DNA of 64,000 nucleotides from Blastocladiella emersonii ATCC 22665 (lineage: Eukaryota; Fungi; Blastocladiomycota): assembly GCA_025594325.1 (NCBI GenBank), contig JANHCV010000001.1, positions 124,001-188,000 on the forward strand, read 5' to 3'. The first letter of the stretch is position 1. Each line of letters starts with the position of its first letter. The position numbers and the translations under genes were made by a program. The notes beneath the pieces are model-generated. The model worked only from the letters and a program-made list of their open reading frames with translations. It had not been told where the DNA came from and searched no databases. Of the stretch, positions 22,274 through 33,738 are shown one piece after another.

Positions 22274-24541
22274 CTACGCGGGCGTCGCAACCCGCTCGAG
22301 CGACAGCGACCAGAATCCGGCTCCACCACCACTCTCGATCCCCATGGAACGCAGAACCGCCGGCACCGGCCGGTCCTCGTCCGCATTCCGCGGCGGCAGC
22401 CCCGGCCCGAGCACGAGCTCAACGTCGCCCACGCCCACGAGCCGCCGCCCCGTGCGCATCGGCCTTGGCCACGTCTCGACGGGGTACTCGGCCCACGCCA
22501 TCACGTCGGCGAGCGCGGCCCGAGCGCGGTCGCGCGTGCGTGTGCTAATGTCGGAGCTGGAGGTCGATGCCGCGGCAATCACGTACACGACGCGGCGGAA
22601 GCCGGCGGCGACCTCGTCCCAAACGCTGTGATACCATGGCCGCTGGCCGTCGAGCACGTCCCACCCGCCGCCGCCGCCACCGCCGCCGCCGCTACTGGCC
22701 TGCGCCGCTGGTGATAGCACTGGTGCTTGCGTCGTAGCCGATCCCGACATCGCCGCCGCGGCGTTCCCCGCGACCGTGAACCGCGTGTGCGGGTCGTACA
22801 CGGCCCAAACTTCGCGTACGCCGGGCACCATGTGGATGACCTGCATGAGGGCAATGTTGGGCGCGTCGGGGCCGGCGACAATGAGCGTGTCGATCCGCCG
22901 CGGCAACCGGCGCGCGAGGTGCAGGTCCGCAGGCGGCCACCCGCACAGCGCCAGGGTCGTGACGCCCGGGTGCTCGGCCGCGTGCGCCACGAGGCCGTGC
23001 AGCCGCGATTGCACGGCGGACCCGCCCGCACTGCTGCTGGGCCCAGCCCACACCAGCGACACGGCGTTGAGCGACGGCGAGCACGCGGGTTGCGCAACCA
23101 GGTCGCCCACCGCGTCGACGGGGACCAGGTTCGTGTCCGGCAGCGGGCCAGCGCCGAGCTCGGGCCACTTGCGCAGCAGCGTGTCGCACGGAGTGCCGAA
23201 GACGAGGGCAATGTGCTCGAGGCACGCGAAAACACGGGCGCTTGCCGTAGCGAGTGGCGGCGGGTGGAACAAGTGCAGATGCGTGTGCGCGCTGGCGAGG
23301 GTGAGGTCGCGCAGCTCGCCGCCGGGTTTGCCTTGATCAGCAAGAGCAGGGGGAAGGGTGAGCTCAGGGAGCCCTGCCCGCGACCAGTACGCGACGGCGA
23401 TCTTGACGCGGGTCAGCCGCGTGGCGGCCGCAAGCAGGGCGACGAGCGCGGGCGTCACGACCACGGTCCACATGATGTCGACCTCCATGAGCGCGGCGAT
23501 TCCGGGCGCGCTCGCGAGTGCCGAGAACCCGAGACCGGCGACTTCGGCATCGCGCGCCATCCCCGCGGCCGTCGCGGGTACGGTGGCGGTACTCGTGAGC
23601 GCGAGCCGGCGCACGCGCGACCCGTGGCCCAGCACAGCCCGCGCAAGAGCGAGCATCGCGCCCTGGGCCGCGGCCGAGGCGTCCGGGTGCAGCACGAGAT
23701 GGACCTCCTCGAGTGCGGACGCGTCGTCGCCGATGACGGGGCGCACACACGCGGGAACCGCGCCGGGGAGCGGCCAGTCTGCGGGGAGATGGAGCGTCAG
23801 GCAGCGCAGGCCGCGGGCCACAGGGCCGAGGACGGGGAGCGGGGAGGTGAGGCGGAGCGGCGGTGCGGGTTGCACCGCAGCTTTGGAGCGCGGAGGGCGG
23901 GGGACCATGTACTTTGTGCGCCCATCGTGCCGCGTATACACCATGCGCGTGCCGGCGGCTGCCGGCGCGGTCTCGGCGAGGGAAGCCGAGGGCAGAGCGG
24001 GCGCCGCACCAGTGGCAGTGAACGCGACGTGCAGCTCGAGCGAGTGCGTCGGCGCAGCACCGGCGTGGTCGACGAGCCGGTCAGCGAGCGCGCGCGGGAG
24101 CCACTGGAACTCGAAGCCGGACAGCGAGGCGGCGGCGCTGCCGCTCCCGTCGGAGCAGGGGACGGGCGCTGCGCGGACGGCGCGTTCGGCAGCGGCGGTC
24201 GGCAGAGCGCACAGGCCGACGGCGAGGGTGGCGTCGCGCACGGCAGCAGCAGCGAGAACCTCGCGACACAGCGCCAGGCCGGCATGACACGTTGCAGCGA
24301 GCGGGCGCAGCCGGTCGGTGAGCGCGGCGCGGTCGACGCGGGCGCGGACCCGCCACGACGCCGAAGATGGGCAGGGGCGGAGGTCGCGGGTCACCACGGC
24401 AACGACGGCAAGGAGAAGCTCGGTTGGGAGAGCATCAAAGGGAGATACAGGAGGGGCGTCCATGGCGCCGGTCCGCGTGCATGCGATGGGAGACCCAAGA
24501 ACGAGGCCGCGGAGGAGGCCCAGGTCGTGCTGGCTGAGCAT
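22274..24541 (-). CDS. Putative F-box/RNI-LRR-like protein, orphan, 729-755 aa
   Basis: Single long ORF with non-shadow amino-acid composition. F-box-like PFDALPTELLLAVV near the N-terminus (alternative ATG at 24463) and repeated LxxLxL strands (LRCLTLHL, LEEVHLVL, VRRLALTS, LRDLTLAS, LEHIALVF, VTTLALCG). Confidence 0.6.
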   Translation of the reverse strand: MLSQHDLGLLRGLVLGSPIACTRTGAMDAPPVSPFDALPTELLLAVVAVVTRDLRPCPSSASWRVRARVDRAALTDRLRPLAATCHAGLALCREVLAAAAVRDATLAVGLCALPTAAAERAVRAAPVPCSDGSGSAAASLSGFEFQWLPRALADRLVDHAGAAPTHSLELHVAFTATGAAPALPSASLAETAPAAAGTRMVYTRHDGRTKYMVPRPPRSKAAVQPAPPLRLTSPLPVLGPVARGLRCLTLHLPADWPLPGAVPACVRPVIGDDASALEEVHLVLHPDASAAAQGAMLALARAVLGHGSRVRRLALTSTATVPATAAGMARDAEVAGLGFSALASAPGIAALMEVDIMWTVVVTPALVALLAAATRLTRVKIAVAYWSRAGLPELTLPPALADQGKPGGELRDLTLASAHTHLHLFHPPPLATASARVFACLEHIALVFGTPCDTLLRKWPELGAGPLPDTNLVPVDAVGDLVAQPACSPSLNAVSLVWAGPSSSAGGSAVQSRLHGLVAHAAEHPGVTTLALCGWPPADLHLARRLPRRIDTLIVAGPDAPNIALMQVIHMVPGVREVWAVYDPHTRFTVAGNAAAAMSGSATTQAPVLSPAAQASSGGGGGGGGGWDVLDGQRPWYHSVWDEVAAGFRRVVYVIAAASTSSSDISTRTRDRARAALADVMAWAEYPVETWPRPMRTGRRLVGVGDVELVLGPGLPPRNADEDRPVPAVLRSMGIESGGGAGFWSLSLERVATPA

Positions 24542-24770
24542 GGTGCTCGTTCGGCGTATTGCGGGGAGTTGCGCCGGGCTACGTTACATGGCAGACGAGG
24601 TGCGTGTGGGATGAGTGGGAGCGTGGGGCGGGCGAGCGCTGTGAGCCGCCACCGCGCTCGCGTTGCGCCACACTCGGCGATGCTTCGCGGCGCGGACTGG
24701 CCCGGGTGCTTCGGCCTCGTCGATCCGCCCAGCCAGCACCGTTGCTGCCCGCCGTCGGCGCCGAACCCAG

Positions 24771-24809
24771 GGTGCTGGCAGGGGTGGTGCTGGCAGGGGT
24801 GGTGCTGGC
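24771..24809 (+). repeat. 15-bp tandem repeat (GGTGCTGGCAGGGGT)x2.6 in the F-box/MscS divergent promoter
   Basis: Seen directly in the sequence. Confidence 0.8.
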
Positions 24810-25030
24810 CGGGAAGGCGATGCGGCGCGGCGCGTCGGTCGCCACGTGCGCGGCGCGTGAGACGCGGATGTCTCGCACCTCCCCTCCCGGGACCGCGACG
24901 CGCGCGACCGCGTCCGTCGCACGGCGCGCGCGGGCCGCCGGCTTCAGCAGCGCGTCGGGCGCGCGCGGCATCCCGTCTCCGCTGCCGCGTCACTTGGCAC
25001 CGCATGTAAACTACTCGCATCTATAGCGCC

Positions 25031-28000
25031 ATGGCCTCGCTGGAGCATCTTCTCGACTCGACGCGCGCTGAGGCCACCGCCGCCGCTGCCGGCCCGCCCG
25101 CGCCACTACCCTCGCCGCTGCTGGCCCCGCTCGCCGCCGGCGCCCTCGTCAAGCTGCCCGGCACGCTCGGCAGCCGCACCAACCTCTGCAAGATCCCCGA
25201 GGACCCGCAGACGTCGCCCGCGCTCCGTCCGTCCCCTCCGCCGCCTCCGCCGCCCCCACTCCCGCCCTCGATCCTCTCTCCGCACGCCATCTTCCCGCCC
25301 TCGTCTATTCTCAGGTCGGCGCGCCATGACCACCACGCGCACCGCAGCGGGAGCGCCAACGGCGCCGCCGGCCACCCCTCGGCCCCGTCCTCGCCGCCGC
25401 AGGGCGCCGTGAACCGCGTCAAGCGCCACGCGCGCAAGCTCTCGTGGGACCTTCACCGCCGTGCTCGCACCGCGGGTGACGCGTCCGAGACGGAGCCGCC
25501 CGCCTGGCAGCCGTCCGGGTCCGGATCTCTCGCTCCACTGACGCCGCCACCTGGACCGACACCTGCACTTGCAATTGCCGAGACGACGGCCGCGGCATCG
25601 GGCACGCTGCCTCCGCTCCCGCCCTCGCCTCCCCCGCCGCCTCCGCCGCCCCCGCCGCCCGTCTTCTCCGCCAACGACGATCGCCCGCACACCCCAACCG
25701 TGACGCCCGGCGGCTGGCTGCTCAACAAGCTGTCGCCGCGCCGCCCGACCTCGCTGTACGGCGGTGGCAGCGGCGCCCTTCGGAGCCACCACGGCACCGC
25801 CGGCGGCAACGGGAACGACAGCGCGAGCGTCGCGAGTAACATCAGCGATGGTGCCGCCGCCCAGTTTGCCGGCCTCCTGTCCAACCCCGCCGCGAGCCTC
25901 CCCGGCCTGCACATGCTGTTTGGGCCTTCGAGCAAGGCCGGCAGCCCGCCCTCCTCGCCCACGCGCAAGCGGTTCCCGGGCGTCGACAGCGACGACTTTG
26001 ATTGGCTGCACGACGGGAGCGACGACGAAGACCGCGATCGTGATCGGGACCGCGACGGCTCGCCGACCAGCGCAACCCCGTCGGCCACGGCTGCCGCCCC
26101 GGACGACTCGAAGCTCGCCTCGTGCCACGCGACCGGCCTGAGCGGGCTCTGGCACCGCATGCCCGTGTGGGCGCATAAGCTCACCATCGCGAGCGCACTC
26201 ATGTTCCTCTTCGCCATCCCCGCCATTGTCGCGGGCGCGCGCAGCCCTGGCGTCCTCGACTCGGCCGAGCAGGCCATGCGCTCCGAGCTCGTCCTGTGGA
26301 CTGTGTTCCTCGAGGTCTCGCTCGTCGGCTACCACGTCCTGTACGTGACGAGCAAGGCCATCCTCACCTCCGCCAAGATGAATGCGTCGCTCCGCGGCCT
26401 CGCCGTCGTGTTCCACATTGAGCAGCTCGCGTCGTGGATGGCTCTCGCCTTCGCGACCCTCGCCACCTTTGTCGCTGAGGCCACCATCCTGCACCCGCGC
26501 ATGTGCGACGCTGCCGCCCTCGGCATCACGGCCTGGTCCACTGCTGAGCCGTATGTCGCCGTGCCCGTCCGCGCTACCAATGGGACCACGCCCGTCGCGA
26601 CCACAACCACGACGACCACGACAACCACGTCGCCGACTACTACGACCAGTACCACTACCACCGCGTGCGCGTGGTCCGGATGGTGGCTGCAGCCGACGCT
26701 CGGCTCGCTGTTCGTGACCTCAATCCTCTTCCTTGTCGAAAAGGTCGTCCTGCAGCGCATCGCCATTGCCTTCCACCGCAAGCAGTACGCCGACCGGCTC
26801 CGTAAGGCCAAGTTCTCGGAGCGCGTGCTCGAGATCCTCACCCAGGCCCGCAAGTCGCGCAAGAAGCGCGCCATGGTCCACTCCAAGACGTACGACCTCG
26901 GCACCACGCCCGCCACGCTCGCCGACATTGCGACGACCGTCGACACGTCCCTGCACGGTGGGGCGCGCGGCGCACGTCGTGGGAGTGGCTGGCGCTGGTC
27001 CATTGGCGGCGGCACGTCCGGCGGCGGTGCTGGCTCTGCGTCGGGTGCCGGCTCGCCCTCTGGCCACGTCCACCGCAGCGCCTCGTCGCCCGAGCGTGCG
27101 CTTCCCGGGAGCGCGCCCATGTCCGTGGTCGCAGATCCGCTCCCTGCCGAGCCGCGCGCGAGCGGCCAGGCGATTCTCGTTCCCGGCGACGAGCTCGCCC
27201 CGCGCCGCGCTCAGTCGGTTTCCACCGCGAACACGGGCGCGCGGTGTGCCGACGTGGCCGGGTCGGGCGACGAGATGGACTCGATGGTTCCCCTCACCGG
27301 CAAGTCCATGGCCGCAGGCGGCTACGTCGCCATTAGCATGGAGTCAGTGACGCCCGCGGCGGCAGCTAGCGCCCCAGCTGAGCAGGCCAAGGACTCGGTC
27401 GATGCGCCGCTGCCTGACGCGGCCAACGAGGCCGCAGCCGCTGTGGCCGCCTCCGCCGCGGCCGCCTCGGCGACGCTCGTCGGCTTCGACCCGGCCGCCG
27501 TCAAGCCGCGCATGGTTCGGATCGGCGTCAACAACAAGAACGACGCGCGCAAGCTCGCCCGCGGGCTGTTCCTGTTCCTCTGTCCGGTCGGACGCAACAC
27601 GCTGGTTCTCGGTACGACTCGCGCGACTCGCTGACCGTGGCCACCTCGTACTCGCATGACTGACGCGTCCCAACGCGCGAGGGTAGAGGACCTCAAGCCC
27701 TACATTCCTTCCGAGCAGGACTGCAAGGAGTTTTTCGACCTGTTTGACAAGAACTCGGACAAGGAGATCTCGAAGCGCGAGTTCCGCGATGGTACGCTGA
27801 TGGTGCGCGCTTCGTCGCTCGACGTCGCCTCACGATGCACCCGCACGCCCGCCTAGTCATCGTCTCCATCTTCAAGGAGCGCCGGAACCTCAGCGAGTCT
27901 CTCGGGCACCTCGAGATGATTGTCGGCCGCCTCAACGCGATCTGCATGGGCATCTGCTGCTTCATCTCCATTTTTGTGTGGCTGCTCTTCTTCCAGGTCA

Positions 28001-28955
28001 ACGCGTCCAACATCCTGGTACGGACTCGCCACGCCACTCCAGCGGCCACGCCGCAACTTGATCTCACCTCCCGCGCGCCACGGTTTAGGTCTCGTTCACG
28101 TCCGTCATGGTCACGGGTACCTTCATCTTTGGGAACACGGCGCGCGGCGCCTTCGAGTCGCTCATCCTCATGTTCGTAATCCACCCGTTCGACATTGGCG
28201 ACCGCATCGCCATCGAGGGCGAGATGTTCACCGTCGACTACATGGGCATCACGTACAGCCAGCTGCGCAAGGGCGACGGCCAGGAGGTGTACTACCCCAA
28301 CTCGCTGCTCATGTCCAAGGTGGTCTCGAACGTGCGCCGCGCCGGGGACCAGAGCGACACGATCCAGATCGACGTGCCGTTCGCGAGCTTTGGCCTCGAG
28401 CACTACGCCGCGCTGCGGTCGGCCATCGGCGAGTACCTCAAGCGCGAGACGGCCGACTGGACCGGGCGGTTCCAGGTGATGCCGCAGGAGCTGGTCGAGC
28501 ACGGCCACCGGCTTCGTTTGTCAATTTACGCCATCTCGCGCGGCAACTTCATGGACGGCACGAAGCGGTGGGCGCGCAAGGCACGGCTGCTGTTCTTCAT
28601 TCGCGACACGCTCATGGCCCTCGGCGTCCCCTTTATCCAGCCCACGCTACCGGTCGAGGTCCGCGCCGCGCCAGGGTCGGCGTCCGCCGCTTCGCTCGCC
28701 ACGCTGGTCCAGCAACAACAACACCCGCACTCGCACTCGCAATCCGACCATGGCCACGCTCTGGGGCAGCACCAGATGCAGTCGCAGTCACAACAACTGC
28801 AGCCTCCACTCGCGAGCCGGCTCGGGCCAGCGACCGCGGCGCTTGCAGGCGTGCTCGGCCTCGCGCCGATCCAGGCGTCGCCTCCCGGGTCCTCGACGGG
28901 CCAGGCGCCAGGCGTCGTGGTTCACCCTCCCCCAGCATCTTCTGCAAGGACGTGA
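25031..28955 (+). CDS. MscS-like mechanosensitive channel with EF-hand (Msy1/Msy2-type), about 1237 aa
   Basis: Exons 25031-27611, 27687-27791, 27857-28017, 28089-28955. Multiple TM helices, EKVVLQRIAIAFHRKQYADRL, EF-hand FDLFDKNSDKEISKREF, and MscS core FVIHPFDIGDRI...EVYYPNSLL...SNVRR. Confidence 0.93.
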
Positions 28956-29029
28956 GCGAATGTCTGTGTCTATTGCTCTGATTCATGACCATACCCCTCA
29001 CATACACACAATACACGGCACCCATGTCC

Positions 29030-32000
29030 TCACAGTTGAAGCACGAGGGGCGGGATGGGCTCGAGCGCCAGGCTCCACTGGCGGAGATCACCCTCGATGG
29101 CGGCTGGCGGCGCGGCGGGGACGTGCGCGGGGTCGAGCAGCGAGATGTCGGCCTTGGTCGCCTCCTCCTCGGGCGTGGCGACCTGCGACACGGCGCGGTA
29201 GCTGACCCTGCGGCGCTCGGACGCGGACGGCGCGACGCGAGTCTGGAAAAAGTCGACGAGGTCGGCGAGCGCGAGCTTGCGCAGGGCCGCGACGAGCTGC
29301 TCTTCCCAGTCAAACTCGTACCACTCGTTGTCGATGGCGCCGTTCCACACGCGCGCGGCCTTGGCGGCGAGCGACGTGCTGCGCTCGAGCATCGACGCGG
29401 CGAGGACCTCGACGCGGCGGGCAAACTCGGTCTCGGACAGCTCGGCGAGGACGCGCGCCACGTCGACCGCGAGGAACTCCTCGATGCACGCCTCGACGTA
29501 CGCCGCCGGGTACGTGCTCTGCACGGCCACGTAGTACGACAGCGCCTTGGCCATGCTCAGGCACCCCGTCATCACAATGTACCCGAGCTGGCGCTTGGTG
29601 CGCAGCACGTTGAAGGCGGGCTCCTCGGTCACGTCCGCGAGGAGCGACACGAGCGCGTGCGTGCGCACGTCCGGGTGCAGGCCGACCTGGATCGCCACGT
29701 TGACGGCGTTGTTGGCCTCGGCCGCGTCGGGCACCGTCCGCGTCGCGACGTTGTTGCCGACGGGGAGCGACACGAGATGCCGGCCCTCGAGCTCGGCGCC
29801 CGCGAGCGGCGCCCACCATTCGCACGGCGCGTTGGCGGTCGAGGATGCGACGCCGGCACCGAGCCGCAAGACCACCGTGTCGACGCACGCGAGGTACTCA
29901 GCGTCGTCCACGGTGCCGTACAGGAACGTCTCGACGAACATGCGCTCGCGCAGCTCGCTGGCAAAAACACGCAGGTCGGCCGGCGTGCACGCCTCGAGCT
30001 CGCGCTTTTTGTCGGCAGCGCGGTACGTGGCGGGCTCGATCGAGAAGACGTAATCGTTGAAGACGTGCGACAGCGGGGACTGCTGGTCGACGTTGTCGTA
30101 GGCGCGGACGCGGTCGCGGCGCAGGCGGTCAAAGACCTCGTCCGAGACGCCCACGGTCGCCACGTCGGCCCACGCGCCGATCACGCGCCCGGCAAGAGCG
30201 GCGAGCTTGGGCGTGTAGCCGGAGACGTACAGATACATGCCGTACACGGGTGAGGCCGTGAGCCAGCCGGTGAGCCCCGCGAGCGACGCCTCGTAGACGA
30301 CCTCGGTCAGCGCGTCGTTGGCCACGTCGACGAGGAACTCGGTGAGCGCAGCGGCGCGCGCCGACGAGGCCGGGAGCGGCGACCGGAACTTGGCGAGGAG
30401 CGACGCGCGCGGGACGCCAAACTCGGAGTCGGGCTGCACCCAGCTGCGCGCGTGCCGCGAGGACCGCACAACCCGAGCGGCGACCGTCGGGGCGCCGGAC
30501 TCGTGCAGCTCCAGCGCCTCGAGATTGGACGGGATGAAGGGGTTGGGCTCGGGCAGGACAAGCGCCGGACTGGGCGCGGCGCGCTCGATGCGCTCGAGGA
30601 GGGAAGCGTCCATGTCGTCGACGCGGAACTCGGACCCGTAGATGGGCTCGCGCTGGTCGAGCTCGGGCGTGCCGTCGGGGAACGACTTGGCCGCGAGCGT
30701 GATCTCGACGTCCGAGTTGAGGGCCTCGAGGCCGCGGCGGATGAGGTCGGGGCGCCAGTCGTGCGGGATCGAGTCGCCGGCAATCAGCCACTCAGGGTCC
30801 ATGAAGTCGAACTGCATGCGCGCCGCGTAGTCGGAAGCACGCGAGGCGGCGCGGTCGGGCTCGGCGAAGCGGAAGGTGAGCTCGGCCATGACGCGCTGCT
30901 CATCGTAGACCCAGCGCGGGAGGCCGTCGGGCGAGGCGGCGAGCTCGCGCAGGCGCGCAAGGTACTGGAACACGGCCTCGACGATCTCGTCGGCGCACTC
31001 AATGCCGCGGTCCGTGAGGCCCATGGTCAAATTGAAGAAGTCGAACTGCGAGTACGTGTCCTCGGTGCCGGCCGAGAGGGACGAGACGAGACCGCGCAGC
31101 TTGAGCTCGGAGAGCAGCGACCCGTGGCCCTCGTGGCCCAGCAGGTGGACGAGGTAGTTTGCGGGGAGAGCGCGCCACTCGCGCACAAACTGCGGGAACG
31201 CCCAGCGGATGTTGATGGACTTGAGGTCGCACACGGTGCGGAGGCGGACGACCTTGCGCGCCATGGACTTGAGCTCCCACGGGTGGCCGGGGATCGCGTC
31301 CTCGGGGACGGGCGCGTGGCGGTTGACGATGTCCGAGAAGCGGTCGGCGGCCCAGGCCGAGAGCGTGTCGAGGTCGTCCTTGCCGACCAGCACGAGGCGC
31401 ATCAGGTTGGCGCTGTAGTGCTCGCGGTAAAAGTCGATGAGGCGGGCGCGCGAGTCGATGCCTTTGGCGCGCGGGCCGTGCAGCAGCGTGTCGGCGGTCC
31501 CCGTGCCGAACTTGGCGTACGGATGGCGCGCGTCGGCGAGGTGCGAGCGCAGCTGCATGATGCGCCACTGGTCGTCGCGCACGTTCTTCTCGTGCTCGGA
31601 CATGATTGCGTTGACCTCGCGCTCGACGCAGCTCTCGGAGAAGAGCGGGGTAACGAAGAACTGCGAGAAGCGGTCGAGGGCACCAGAGAGGTGGTCCGGG
31701 TGCACGTCGAAGAAGTAGACGGTGTTGTTGGCGGCCGTGTAGGCGTTGAAGGTGCCGCCGTGCTTGGCGAGGAACTCGCTGTACGCGTTCTCCTCGGGGA
31801 AGGCCTCGGTGCCCATGAAGAGCAGGTGCTCGAGGAAGTGGGCGAGGCCGGGCAGCTCGTCCGGGTCGCTGAAGTGGCCGACGTGGACCGAGAGGGCGGC
31901 GGCGGCCTTGTCGGCCTTGGGATCCGACACGACGAGCACGTCGAGGCCGTTGGGCAGGCGCACGCGGCGGTACAGGCACTTGTCGAGCTCGGGCTTGTGG

Positions 32001-32050
32001 AACGCGTCGTGGTCGAGAACTATGTCGTATGCATGGTGTGAAGCGGTCAT
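29030..32050 (-). CDS. Insulysin/insulin-degrading enzyme (M16A, Ste23-like), about 1006 aa
   Basis: Intronless ORF from MTASHH (32050). Motifs LPNGLDVLVVSD, inverted zinc motif AHFLEHLLFMGT, EVNAIMSEHEKN, LGHEGHGSLLS and FNVLRTKRQLGYIV. Confidence 0.96.
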   Translation of the reverse strand: MTASHHAYDIVLDHDAFHKPELDKCLYRRVRLPNGLDVLVVSDPKADKAAAALSVHVGHFSDPDELPGLAHFLEHLLFMGTEAFPEENAYSEFLAKHGGTFNAYTAANNTVYFFDVHPDHLSGALDRFSQFFVTPLFSESCVEREVNAIMSEHEKNVRDDQWRIMQLRSHLADARHPYAKFGTGTADTLLHGPRAKGIDSRARLIDFYREHYSANLMRLVLVGKDDLDTLSAWAADRFSDIVNRHAPVPEDAIPGHPWELKSMARKVVRLRTVCDLKSINIRWAFPQFVREWRALPANYLVHLLGHEGHGSLLSELKLRGLVSSLSAGTEDTYSQFDFFNLTMGLTDRGIECADEIVEAVFQYLARLRELAASPDGLPRWVYDEQRVMAELTFRFAEPDRAASRASDYAARMQFDFMDPEWLIAGDSIPHDWRPDLIRRGLEALNSDVEITLAAKSFPDGTPELDQREPIYGSEFRVDDMDASLLERIERAAPSPALVLPEPNPFIPSNLEALELHESGAPTVAARVVRSSRHARSWVQPDSEFGVPRASLLAKFRSPLPASSARAAALTEFLVDVANDALTEVVYEASLAGLTGWLTASPVYGMYLYVSGYTPKLAALAGRVIGAWADVATVGVSDEVFDRLRRDRVRAYDNVDQQSPLSHVFNDYVFSIEPATYRAADKKRELEACTPADLRVFASELRERMFVETFLYGTVDDAEYLACVDTVVLRLGAGVASSTANAPCEWWAPLAGAELEGRHLVSLPVGNNVATRTVPDAAEANNAVNVAIQVGLHPDVRTHALVSLLADVTEEPAFNVLRTKRQLGYIVMTGCLSMAKALSYYVAVQSTYPAAYVEACIEEFLAVDVARVLAELSETEFARRVEVLAASMLERSTSLAAKAARVWNGAIDNEWYEFDWEEQLVAALRKLALADLVDFFQTRVAPSASERRRVSYRAVSQVATPEEEATKADISLLDPAHVPAAPPAAIEGDLRQWSLALEPIPPLVLQL

Positions 32051-32717
32051 TGCGGAAAGCTGCGAGCGTGGTGAGATCCGAGCGGGGAGAGAGAGGGCGA
32101 GCGAGCCCTTGAGCGCACGCCACACACCCCTGCGGTCCCTGTTCGGGCTCGCCCGCAATTTGGACGCGACGCTCAGCGGTTCCGGTTGTTGACGGTCGCG
32201 GAGCGACTCGATTCGCTCAGGGGAAGGAGGCGGCCGAGAGCTCGGATCCCTGTCCTGGCCGCCGCGATCCAACCCTGCCCCTTCCACGACACGCTCGCAC
32301 TCCCTCATTGGGGAGATCCGACGAAGCAGACGTACGCCTAGCTTCTCTTCGCCGCGGACTCACGGCGTGAAGGGAAGAGAAGGCGCGCTGACCGGCTGAC
32401 AAGTCGCTGACCTCACGATCCTCGCGTGTCCCAACGCCGCGCAAGCGCACCGCTCCGCGCTGGCCGAGCTCTGCACCACCTTGCATGTAGCTAGGCGCCG
32501 CTTTGGCGCCTGCAAGTTGTCCTGGTTGGATGTTTGGCGCGAGGAGCGCGAGCCGGGCGCGGTGGCTCATTGCGCGGGCAGGCGACCCCCGTGATGCCCT
32601 GTCGAAGAGCGAACTGCGACCATCGCCATCGCCGGTCGCAGTTCTCTCCCGCCGCCCTCGCCCGCACCCGGCAGTATCCGCCTGCGAAACGTAACTCTAC
32701 GCAACGTCATCAACACC

Positions 32718-33684
<967 letters not shown>

Positions 33685-33738
33685 TGAAGCTCTCATGTTC
33701 GGGATGCATGGATAATAATACTCTGGACAGCACTCTCA

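Noticed and set aside
32051-32308. 86-codon in-frame upstream extension of insulysin given by the ORF track
   Set aside because: It is charged and Pro-rich, not presequence-like, and runs through the divergent promoter shared with UBC4. Most likely a chance open frame.
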